Shown in pieces: positions 25,322-36,114 of a stretch of DNA of 36,491 bases. Below the pieces are notes generated by a model that saw nothing but the letters and a program-made list of their open reading frames with translations, was not told where the DNA came from and made no database searches. Origin of the DNA: Octopus sinensis (Eukaryota); NCBI RefSeq assembly GCF_006345805.1, contig NW_021824666.1, positions 1-36,491 on the forward strand. The letters are read 5' to 3'. The position numbers were made by a program, and so were the translations under genes. How positions within the stretch are numbered: position 1 is the stretch's first letter; every line of letters starts with the position of its first letter.

Positions 25322-25960
25322 CAAGGGTGAGTCAAAAAGTAATGCCATTTTCTTTATTTCATGTGAAATTTTTGAAAAGCCAAGTGATTCCATGTTATAA
25401 ATGATTCTATCTTTTACGCTCTAAAATATTTTGGTTCTTACTTTTCAGGTTTTTAGACTGGTTTTTAGGCTGGTAAGGAAAATTCAATACGGCTGCCCCC
25501 TTAGAGTTACGTCAAAAACAAAGAGCAGTGATTGAATATCTTGTTGGTGAGGGGGAAACCCCTGAGAACATTCACTGACGATTACAAAATGTCTTCAAGG
25601 ACAATACTTTAGATTATAGCAATGTATGCAGGTGGGTCCATCATCTGAAAGCTGAAAAGGTGGGAACTGTGAGTGTAGCCAATAAACACCATTCTGACTG
25701 TCAGTCCGCTTCTGTGAATCCTGCCAATAAAGCAAAAGCAGATGCTCTGATCAGAGAATACAGGCGCATAACTCTTGATGAGTTGGCAGAAAACTTTGAA
25801 GTGAGCAATGGAAGTGCTTACAACATTGTCGAATCACTTGGCTTTTCAAAAGTGTGTGACCGTTGGGTACCGAGAGAGCTGACTACCGAACGCAAGACTG
25901 ACAGGGTCAATGCCTGCACTGAACTTCTCAAACAAAGTCAAAGGGACAACACTTTCTTGC
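25322..25960 (+). mobile_element. Mariner (DD34D-type) transposon, 5' half, dead
   Basis: TA|CAAGGGTGAGTCAAAAAGT terminus. The N-terminus reads QRAVIEYL..IH*RLQ, followed by RRITLDELA and the mariner WVPREL motif. It is truncated before the catalytic domain. Confidence 0.85.
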
Positions 25961-26269
25961 ACCCTGGCCCCTCCACCTAACCTCCTGCACACTGCACACA
26001 TCCACCCTCTTCATTCTCAGTTCCTCACACACCTCTGTTCCCCTTCCACACATACTGCTCACATTCCAACTTCCCAACCTCATCCCAAGCTTCTCCTAAG
26101 GCCATCAGATAATGATGCAGCCATAATAACAACGTAATGATCCAACAACCTCTTCATGAACCAACAATTAATATTCCAAATGAACTAACCAACCAACACC
26201 TTCCAAATTCACCGCAAACTTAACTTGAACTAAAACACAAACTTCACTCTGACTGCTGCTATTTATGAT

Positions 26270-26965
26270 TTCTTGGTCCAGTCTATTTCTTGCAAGGGCG
26301 CATTATTCTAAGTGTAGTTTGTTTCCTTTTTCTACTGCTGCTTCTTCAAGGTTCAATCTCCTTCAGTGCCGGCACCTCAAACATGTCATAGCAGACTTCC
26401 ATTAGTATTTTCTTTCGTTTTCCAGTATGTCTCATCTTTAATTGGTTTTGGTATCTCTTATGTTCTCAACGTTGTCCTTTAATTACATACATCATGTTTC
26501 CTAATTTTTTAGTTACAAAACCATCCACCTAGTCTTCTTTGCCATTTTTGTAAATTTTAAAATGACCTTAATCTCCTACTTCAAAATGTTTTGTTGCCTT
26601 TTCTGTATTTCCTTTAAATATATTTTTACCTGGCAATAATTTAGCAAAGATTGATTGGTATTCCTTGCTTTTTTTAATGCTCATTTGAAAGTATCAATGA
26701 ATCTTTCTACTTGCTCATTTGACCTCAGGTGGTAGGATAGGGTAGGGTAAAGGTATGCTTTATCGCATGTATTTTGTAGAACTTTTAGAATTTACCACCC
26801 GTAAATTGTGTTCTATTATTTGATACCAATATGTTTGGAACATTATATTGGGCAAATGATTCATACAGGAAGTCTTTGCAGTTGGTTTATTGCACCTGCA
26901 TACCTCTGGCCACTTTGTACCACTATCAACAATAATTAGATAGTATGCACCATTCACCAGTCCAG
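26270..26965 (-). mobile_element. Gypsy LTR-retrotransposon integrase remnant
   Basis: YYLIIVDSGTKWPEV matches the Gypsy integrase core. Frameshifted VSDN-like and NGQVER-like segments follow. Confidence 0.7.
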
Positions 26966-26975
26966 CTTAGTCAGT

Positions 26976-27640
26976 AAGCATCTTGAGAGAAAAACTGGGC
27001 ATAAGAGGCATCAGATGTGATGTGCAAGAGAGTTGACTGCACTGGTATGGTCATGTGATGCATATGGATGAGGATAGCTGTGTAAAGAAGACATGGGATG
27101 AGGTGGTGAAGCATGATTTTCAAACTTTGGGTCTTACAGAAGCAATGGCTAGTGACCGAGATCTTTATTGCTAGGATGTGCTTGAGAAGACCTGTCAAAC
27201 CTAGTGAAATCATGGTCATGACATATGCTGGTATTATGTATCTGGCAACCATGCTGGTGGCACGTAAAAAACACCTTTTAAGTGTTGGGTCCCACAGTGG
27301 CAAAGTTGCCGATGCAGGTAGAATGTAAATGTTAGGCTTCATGGAGGCAATAACAATGACCAAGACCTTTGGTATTATGTCGTGCTTGAGAAGAAGACCC
27401 ATCAAGCCAAGTAAAATTGCAGTCGTGGCAGATACTGGTGTCACGCAAATGGCATCCATGCTGGTGGAATGTAAAATCACTCATTACACTTTTGGAGTGG
27501 TTGGCATTAGGAAGGGCATCCAGCCATAGAAATCATGCAAAATCAGACTGGAGTCTGGTGCAGCCATCCAGCTTAGCAGCCCTGGTCAAAGTATCCAACC
27601 CATGCCTGCATGGACAATGGACGTTAAATGCTGCTGATGG
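26976..27640 (+). mobile_element. Older RTE 3' fragment (ORF C-terminus + UTR)
   Basis: LREKLGIRGIRC..LHWYGHVMHMDEDSCVKK / TWDEVVKHD parallels 18710-18900. It ends GGACGTTAAATG. Confidence 0.8.
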
Positions 27641-27859
27641 TGTGTGTTTGTGTGTGTGTATACATGTGTGTTTGCATGCATATGTGTGTGTATATATGTA
27701 TATATGTATTTATAATGTTCTACTTGCTGAGCATACTTGAATCCCGATGTACTGTTTCCCACAGTGATAGTTAATGCACAAGTTTATCTTTTCTTCATCA
27801 ACCGTGTCCTGCAAAGTTAAGTTTGTGTTGTTTAATATTATCTCTTAACAAAATCTTTC

Positions 27860-28060
27860 TAATTTTGGCACAAAGCTTGTAGTTTTACTTGGAGGGGTAA
27901 GTCGGTTACATGGACCCCTGCATTCAACTATTCAACTGGTATTCATTTTATCAACCCTGAAAGGATGAAAGGCAAATTTGACATTGGTGGAATTTGAACT
28001 CACAATGTAAAGCCAGAAGAAATACCCCTAAACATTTTGTCCTGCTTACTAACAGCACTA
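27860..28060 (-). mobile_element. SINE family B
   Basis: GAAAGGATGAAAGGCAAA and GGAATTTGAACTC. Confidence 0.7.
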
Positions 28061-28785
28061 CAAGTACATCACCTTATTTTCACCTTATAATAGTAGATTT
28101 CCATGTATTACACTGTTAAAAGTTGCCCCAAAGAAATATTGTTCACTCAAACCTTCTTAACTTGGTATCTATGTTTCATTCAGCCTGTTTTCTGTCACTT
28201 TCATAAACATCCATATATCAGTATATAAATATATATAGTGCAGCAAGTCTGAAAAATACCCCTGTATTTTAAAATCATTAGATAGATTTAATTCCCATCT
28301 TGGGGATATCTTGGTTATTACTGTTATGCACATCATACATACATGCATACAGATAAACATACAGGCAAACATACATGCATACATACATACATATATACAT
28401 ACATACATACATACATATATATATATAGAGAAAGAGGGAGAGATATAGATAGATAGATATATAGATAACCCAATAGGGTTAACCAAACCAGCCCTCAGAA
28501 AACTAAATATGCATACACACACGTGTGCACACACACACACATGCATGCACACACACATACAAACTCTTGTCTATGATAAATATTTTATTTCTTTATAACT
28601 GATAATTTGTCAGTTGCTTGACTTTTCTTTGCAATTAGTCACAGTAGAATTGTAATGTTTAATGTTATATCATAACATTATACACACATACATGCACACA
28701 TATATAAATGCATGTGAGCATGTGAGAACATATATAAACACATGCATTCATAATGACATGAATATATAAACATACATATATATAT

Positions 28786-28870
<85 letters not shown>

Positions 28871-28999
28871 TAATAATATATATATGTATACATATACAGT
28901 CTAAAACTTATCATATTTGTTTATTTTCTGATACCATTCCTAGAGAAGCTAAAGTTAGCAGCCATCTAAACCATCTAAACTAAGACATAACTGAATTAT

Positions 29000-29039
<40 letters not shown>

Positions 29040-29711
29040 ATACATACATGCACACATACATAGATATAAATATGTGTGTATGTATGTTTATGTGCATATG
29101 TATAAACACACACATTACAAAAGTCAGTTTTTTGTCTAGCTTAAATTAGACAGTAAACCCCACAAGAGAATTCTGGCTTCTTCCAGAATCAAATCAACTT
29201 CCAGGAATTAAAAACAGATATTTATTTTTCTTGGAGAGAGATCCTCTGTGGAGTTTGTATATATACTTAAACTCTGCTCATATTTAAATATATCAAGTCA
29301 TATTCATTTGTATTTAGTTTTGCTGTGTGATTAATCCCCACAAGTGTGTTTTTAGCAACTTCAAATTGGGATAAAACCAACCAGTTTTATTAGCTAATTT
29401 ACTCATCCCAGTTCATCTATCTCTACATTCCAACAAAAGAACTGAGTAATAGTAGGTTTTGTGCCAGGTACGACTTATTTATATAAAGGTAACATTAATA
29501 CAAACAAGGTTGACAGTTTGATAAAAAACTTCTACAGAACCAACATAGCAAGCTACTTTGTACTGGTTTTCTAGTAATTACACGTACATTTAACTCTTGT
29601 TTTTTCGTGTTATGATAGTTTTACCTAGTTCTTATTATCTATAATTCAACTTGTTTTGTATTGTTTTATCAGTTTATAGTTTCTTCCATTTTCTTTTTCT
29701 TATTTAAATAG

Positions 29712-29730
29712 GTAAGAAATGGACATGTTG
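29712..29730 (+). other. AG|GTAAGA site and/or 19-nt microexon
   Basis: A pyrimidine tract plus TAG is immediately followed by GTAAGA, with a second donor GTGAGA at 29731. Confidence 0.4.
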
Positions 29731-29904
29731 GTGAGATATTAAGTGACACCTCGTGAATTCATTACAACTGTGCATATTTTATAATGTCACTTGCCAGGAT
29801 AGCTTTATGTAGTTGTTTAATCCTCCTCCTCCTCCTCTTCCTCCGCCTCCTCCTCCTCCTCCTCATCATCATCATCATCAAGGTGAAAATCTGATTCAGC
29901 AGAA

Positions 29905-30083
29905 AAAATGCATAGGGGTATTTTCACCCCTCTTTACATTCCAAGTTCAAATTCTGTTGAGGTCAACTTTGCCTTTCATCCTTTTGGGCTTGATAAAATA
30001 AATTCAAGTTGAGTACTTGGAGTCAAGGAAATTGACTAGCTGCCTCCTCAAAAATTTCAGGCCTTGTGCTTATAGTAGAAAGG

Positions 30084-30160
<77 letters not shown>

Positions 30161-30165
30161 AAGTA
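29905..30165 (+). mobile_element. Family B SINE body with (ATT)n(AGT)n tail
   Basis: GTTCAAATTC, CCTTTCATCCTTTTGGG and GTGCTTATAGTAGAAAGG, then the microsatellite. Confidence 0.75.
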
Positions 30166-30710
30166 GTATTGAGTGAGTGAGAGAGCAGTGCATGTCATCA
30201 AAGTGACACTGGGGTACAAATATACGACGCCCAGTATACCCATCATAACTACCCATCTGATAAGGGTACAACTATATATGCACGACATGGTAATTTCATA
30301 TCAAGATAAACAGCACATGACCTTGCAGGTGGGGCCCAGTAAGAATTTTCTTCAAGTTGAGTAACCCATCCTGCTCAAAAGGTCCTTGAATGAGGGTTGT
30401 TTAAGGATGTTGAAAGAAACACCCATGGTTCCAGGGGTGAATTATTCAAACCTCAAAGAATCCCTCTCAACATATGGCTATGATGTTCCCCCACTACTTC
30501 TGCTCATGATCAGAGATGCACATATTGTCAACCACCAAAGGAATATACTCAACAGGTTAAGGTCAAACAACTGACAAGCAAATCTGTGGTATTGAGCAGA
30601 ATATTTGCTGTAGCCCATCTTTTATACCAAGACAAAACAATGTACATGATAACACTTCTAATCAGTAAAGATCAGGAGTCATGAGAGCCAGTGCCTGGTA
30701 CTGCATCACA
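30166..30710 (-). mobile_element. Probable SINE-like repeat of a different family
   Basis: A ~540-bp block, less AT-rich than its flanks, with no ORF. It lies between two simple repeats and on the minus strand runs into the microsatellite it shares with the 29905 element. The family assignment is inferred. Confidence 0.45.
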
Positions 30711-30837
30711 GCATTTATTATTCTTCTTCTCATCATCATCATCGTTGTCGTCGTCGTCATCATCATCATCATTATTTTCGTTTAGTTTTCTAAGAATAAA
30801 TATCAATTATTTGTCGAAAATGTGTTGTCTTTCATAG

Positions 30838-30901
30838 AATGAACTCATATTTAGAGAAGGTGCAGCACTTGATTGTTTAAAATTGAAGCACCAGACTAAA
30901 G
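30838..30901 (+). CDS. Candidate 64-nt host exon (NELIFREGAALDCLKLKHQTK-G)
   Basis: TGTCTTTCATAG acceptor and AAAG|GTGAGG donor. Only one frame is open. A possible weaker internal donor AAG|GTGCAG lies after 30859. Confidence 0.45.
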
Positions 30902-31310
30902 GTGAGGCTATTATTCATATATCAATAATATTAATACAATTTGTTTTTCCTATGTACCTGAAGCATGTGCCATGCTTAAGAGAAAGAAATTGTTGGAAGA
31001 AATTTTGTTGCTTAAATAAAATTTTTTAACTAGATCTCTTGTAATTTCTGGAGGAGATTTGAAACCACCACCACCTATGTGTTGTATTACTACTTCTTAA
31101 CACCTAGGACTACTGGGCCATCTAATCAGCAACAATCTTAATGAGAAAATTAAGATACTTAAATTTGATGCATGCGTTGAGCAAGGGAGAGAGGAAGTGA
31201 GCAAGAAAGAGAGAGAGAGAGAGGGATACGATGGCATGATAGGTATTTGAATTTCTTTCCATGATTGAACTGAAATTGACTACTGGCTATTAAACACACA
31301 TTTGTTTTAG

Positions 31311-31352
31311 GTCTTCTACCCATTTGAATTCGGCCATGCACCAGATAACATG
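31311..31352 (+). CDS. Candidate 42-nt host exon (VFYPFEFGHAPDNM in frame 0; SSTHLNSAMHQIT in frame 1)
   Basis: TTTGTTTTAG acceptor, consensus ATG|GTAAGT donor, length divisible by 3, higher GC than its flanks, and non-repetitive. Confidence 0.6.
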
Positions 31353-31442
31353 GTAAGTCTTATGTTCTGAAATTTAAATTATGAATTTGTTTTAATTATA
31401 AAATTACACCTCGGCTAAAAAACATCTTTTGGTTTCTGAATA

Positions 31443-31990
31443 CAACCTTTTCTTTCTCTTTCTATATTTTTTGTTAAGTTACAATTCCTCTGTTTTGGTC
31501 AGGATTTTCCCAATTTTTTTCTTTATCAAATAATGGATGAAAGCATTAACAAAAATATTAAATTCATAGAGCCAAACAAAATCAAAAAATATTAATTCCA
31601 TTTTTTCCCTTTCCTTAATACTAATAAGAGCATAGTATAAGAGAGATTTGGCTGTTATTTATAGCAAATTGAATAACCACACAAAGTTATTCAATTGGCT
31701 CATTTGTTGATGTGTATAAATAAACAAAAACTAAAAGAAATACATACATACACATATGAATGTATGTGTGTGAGTGTGATAAGTGTCACATGGTGAAAAT
31801 AAATGCAACTTTCTCTTTCTATATTTTTGTTAAGTTACAATTTCTCTGTTTTGTTCAGGATTTTTCCAATTTCTTTTTTCTTGTATCAAGCAATTGACAA
31901 AAGCATTTAATAAAAATTAAATTCATAGAGCCGAACAAAATCAAAAATATTAGTTCTATTTTTTCTTATACTTTTTACTTTTCTTCAATA
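31443..31990 (+). repeat. Old ~180-bp direct duplication (31443-31620 and 31806-31990)
   Basis: Both copies have TTCTATATTTTTTGTTAAGTTACAATT..CAGGATTTT..AAATTCATAGAGCC..AACAAAATCAAAAA. Confidence 0.85.
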
Positions 31991-32442
31991 TAATTAATTA
32001 CCGTATCCTATATACTGTGTCCTTGCATATTAGGTGAGTATTTCAGAAATATTTTCACCTTTTAAACAAAAACTGTCTAATATATGTTTTTTAATTGAAA
32101 CACTCTGAGTCATTTTGGAGATTTATTGTTTTAATAAGAAGTTTTAAAATATGGATAATCGCATGAGGGATGCAGCTGGAGAGCATCAGAGTAGAAGGAG
32201 AGAACGGCTGCGGGAGGAAGAACAGGAGGAAATAAGGAGCTGAAATCGAGGAAGGATGAGACAGAGAAGAAACGAAATAAGCGAAGGGGAGAGGGAGTGT
32301 ATCCTATGGCACAGGAGGGAAAAAAATCAGCAAAGGCTAGAACAAATAACCCAGGGCCAAAGAGAGGTGTATATTCAAAATAAGAGAGATAGAGAACTGT
32401 CAAATGACTGAAACAAGTAAAAGAATATAAGAATACGAGAAA

Positions 32443-32542
32443 AACGTTCCATACCACTAACCAAGGGAAAAAAGTTCCATACCACTAAACTACTAAACGT
32501 TCCATACCACTAAACCCTCTTGGTTTAGTGGTATGGAACGTT
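32443..32542. repeat. Three direct copies of GTTCCATACCACTAA plus a perfect 21-bp inverted copy
   Basis: Direct copies start near 32446, 32474 and 32499. 32496-32516 is the exact reverse complement of 32522-32542. Confidence 0.93.
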
Positions 32543-32654
32543 GTATTTTAAGGCTAAATAGTAATTCTGTTTACGTTTGCGTAACTGAGATATTTTGGTT
32601 GGATTATATAGTTATTGGTTTTACACTTCTTTCTATATTCTGTAATTGTCACTA

Positions 32655-32875
32655 TATACTTTTCTACTATAGGCACAAGTCCTGAAATTTTAGGGGAGAG
32701 GGGGCCAGTCAATTAGATTAACCCCAGTATGCAACTGGTATTTGATTTATTGACCCCAAAAGGATGAAAGACAAAGTCAACCTTGGCAGAATTTGAACTA
32801 TGTACGTAAAGACAGATGAAATACCACGAAGCATTTCGCCTGGCATGCTAATGAATCTGCCAGCTTGCCACCTTT
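32655..32875 (-). mobile_element. SINE family B
   Basis: TTTTCTACTATAGGCACAAG, AAAGGATGAAAG, GAATTTGAACT and CTGCCAGCTTGCC. Confidence 0.8.
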
Positions 32876-33457
32876 TACTGCCACAATATAGAAACATTTC
32901 TCATGGCACCAGCACACAATTTACAGATGTTTACAATTTTTATATTTTCCATTAATTTTTCACAGGTCCAGCTAGTTTATATATATATATTGTTGTAATA
33001 TCAGCATCAAGCAGTGTTTAGGTCTAAGCAAACTTTAGGTTAGTTAAAATATGCTTGTGATATATTTTAATGGCTAAAGGCAAATTCACTGGAGTTACAA
33101 TAGAAAAAAATTCTCTCTTATGGTAATAAATAAAAAAAAAGATGTAAAAACACCATATCCTCAGTCGGATTGCCAGAAATCAATGTTTCTAGCTCCTTAG
33201 CCATTATCAATGAGAATAACTGTAGAGATGCAACTCTGAACAGATTTAATCTGTTGTGGCTTTAACTAAAATACAGTCATCAACATTGACTGATTTACAC
33301 CAGTAGAGCATCAAAATCATGAAAGTCACAGTGATATTAGTGTGAAGTAACGTTTAGGCATAAGCAAACTTGAGTTTAGTTAAAATATGTTTGTGACATA
33401 TTTTAACTGCTGAAGGCAAATTTATTGTAGTTACCATGAAGAAAAAAATCTTATATA

Positions 33458-34679
33458 CAGGGTGCGTAAGATATTTGAGGACAGATTTATGTTTATAAAA
33501 GAACACAGATATATATTAACAGATAATAACTTTATCAAAAACTGCTACGAGGATAAAAATAAGCCTTTCCTATAATGTTATTCAATAAAGTCACCTTCAG
33601 CTTCAACAACTGCCTCTATATGAGATCTAAATCATTTACATACTCAAATTAAGTGGTCCTGGTTCATTTTGGACATTACTCTGATTGTGGCAGCTTTCAA
33701 AGAATCTTTGGTGTTATGGGCATGTTCATTGACCTCTCTCTCAACAACACTCCACATGTAACAGTCCAATGACTTGAGATCTGGGGGAATTACGAAGCCA
33801 AATGTTAGGGGTTATGTGATCATGAAAATTTTCAGCCAGCCATTCCTGTGTTACTAGAGCCATGTGTGATAGTGCAGAATCTTCTGAAACACATATGGCC
33901 TTCCATTGCATACACTGTCTATCCAGGGTTTAACAATTGTTTCCAGAACCTCAATGTAGAAAGAAGTAAGGAGGCATCACATGTCCTTCATTGCTGACAA
34001 CCACTAAAACAATGACAGTTGCAGGAAATTTTGTATGCATGACACTTGGAACTTCAGAAGGGTCTGCACATAACCATCTGTCATTTCTTCTGTTAACTTG
34101 GTCGAAGTTTTTTTCGTTTGAGAAAAATCAAATCAAATCAAATCTTCTGCTGGATTTTTCAGTTTGTTTAAGAACCTTTTTGATCTGATGTAGTGATTTT
34201 CGTTTACTTTTCTGACAAATTCACCTTTCCTCATCCATATAAGACTTATATCCGATGTCTTCGTGGAAAACATTTCTGACTGTTCCTTCTGACACATGGA
34301 GACCTTTTGCAATTGACCTCATGGACTTTCTGGGATTGTAATCAGTAGTCTGTTGAACTTGCTGGATAAATTCAAGTGTTCTGATGATTTCAGAGCATTT
34401 AGAATGCTTTTTAAGTTTTGATATTGGTGATACATTTCCATCTTCAGTCTCTAGCACCTTACAAACTTTGTAGACAAAAGATCTGGCAACTTTTAAAAAT
34501 TGAGATATTTCTAAATTGTTATGCTCAGCCTTTAAACCACAATAACACTATGCCTCTTCATTTTTTGAGTAAGCTGAGGGTCTGCCATTATTATTTTCTG
34601 AAACAAGGATTATATAGAGTTAGCAAAAAATGCAGCAATGACCCCAAAAAAGGCATGTTCTCAAATACCTTATGCACCC

Positions 34680-34681
<2 letters not shown>
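33458..34681 (-). mobile_element. Full-length but dead maT/DD37D-type Tc1-mariner transposon (1224 bp)
   Basis: 25-bp terminal inverted repeats match at 22 of 25 positions (CAGGGTGC..), with TA on the left. The transposase pieces are PRKSMRSIAKGLHVSEGTVRN (helix-turn-helix), FFSNEKNFDQVNRRNDRW, VVSNEGHVMPPYF and QEWLAENF..ITPNIW..LDCYMWS. Confidence 0.88.
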
Positions 34682-34711
<30 letters not shown>

Positions 34712-34717
34712 CACGAT

Positions 34718-34749
<32 letters not shown>

Positions 34750-34849
34750 TGTATGTATGTATGTATGTATGTATGTATGTATGTATGTATGTGTATGTAT
34801 ATATATGGACGTTAAATGATGACGATGATATATGAATTGATGATAATAC

Positions 34850-35380
34850 TTTTCCACATTAATTGTTTTGTTTTAGTTTAACATTTCATGATAGACAACA
34901 CTCTTCATATCCCATCAAACATAGAGCTTAACTTTTTACAAGTGTAGTCTTGGTGTAGAAATGGACTCACGTCTTTCATTGGGTGCTAAACATTATTGTT
35001 TTCATTGAATGTGATAATAGAGAACCCACTTTTCATCACTTGTAATGATTCTACTCAGGAAAGGTTTGGTAGCAAGTCTATCTATTCTTCAATGACAAAC
35101 AGAAGACAACTCTTTGATTAAATTGAGATGCAGTTCGATAATGAGGAGCTCTCTATCAAGTTTGACACTTTTCCTCATTCATGAAGGTGTTCTATGATCA
35201 AAGTGGGACTTGGATTGAACTACTTTTTAACTCTGTTTTGCTTCGGGTTTTCCTTGGTCGTCCAGATCTGCAAGAAAAAGAATTTCCTGAAAACAAATCA
35301 TCTCTAAAGGCAGCTGGATGGCTATTGGCTGCGGAACCCTCATATATTGAGGTCAACAGGAGAATCCACTACATATACAC
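34850..35380 (-). mobile_element. Decayed mariner transposase remnant
   Basis: The minus strand gives SGRP and FLSRIITSDEKWVLY, matching the mariner first-Asp motif TGDEKW. Confidence 0.7.
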
Positions 35381-35409
35381 CTGCACAGTTATATTTATGT
35401 ATATATAGG

Positions 35410-35570
35410 TGCAGGCGTGGCTGCAGGGTTAAGAAATTGACTTTACAACCACATAGTTTTGAATTCAGTTCAACAGCACAGTGCCTTGGGCAAGTGTCTT
35501 TTACTCTAGCCCTGGGCTGACTAATGCCTTGTGAATGAATTTGGTAGATAGAAACTGTATGGAAGTCTCT

Positions 35571-35617
<47 letters not shown>

Positions 35618-35899
35618 TATATATATATGTATGTATATGTATATGTATATGTGTGTGTGTGTGCGTAGGCATATATAATATGTATGTATATATATGTATG
35701 TGTGCATGTTTGTCTATCACTTGATGACCAGTGTTGGTTTGTTTATGTCTCCAGTAACTTAGTGATTTGGCAAAATAGACCGACAATAAGAACCAGACAT
35801 AAAAATGAGTAGTGGGGTTGATTTGTTTGATTAAACCCTTCAGGTTGGTACCCCAGCAAGGTCACAAGCCAATGATCAAAACAAGTGTAAGATAAAAGA

Positions 35900-35900
<1 letters not shown>
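35410..35900 (+). mobile_element. SINE family A head with a different (non-RTE) 3' half
   Basis: GGCGTGGCTG head, TGGTAGATAGAAACTG and microsatellite linker, then a body ending AAACAAGT..AAAAGAATA. Confidence 0.7.
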
Positions 35901-35930
<30 letters not shown>

Positions 35931-35979
35931 CCACCTCTGACAATAGAGAGCAGTCACCATATTCCCAGCCATATTGGCC

Positions 35980-36062
35980 AACTCCGGTGAGCATAAGGTT
36001 ATATAATCGGATTGTTATCTAATACTCAATTGTATTCCTTATGCGAAACTGATTGGTAAGAT
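35980..36062 (+). ncRNA. Degenerate type I hammerhead ribozyme motif
   Basis: The core reads CCGGTGA, two changes from CTGATGA. Helix II is a perfect 8 bp (GCATAAGG/CCTTATGC), followed by GAAA, C-TGATTG-G and triplet GTA. Helix I is AACT/AGAT with one mismatch. Confidence 0.6.
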
Positions 36063-36114
36063 CAGCCATGATGGAGATATAATACCTGTACATTTTGGAT
36101 AATATATATATATA

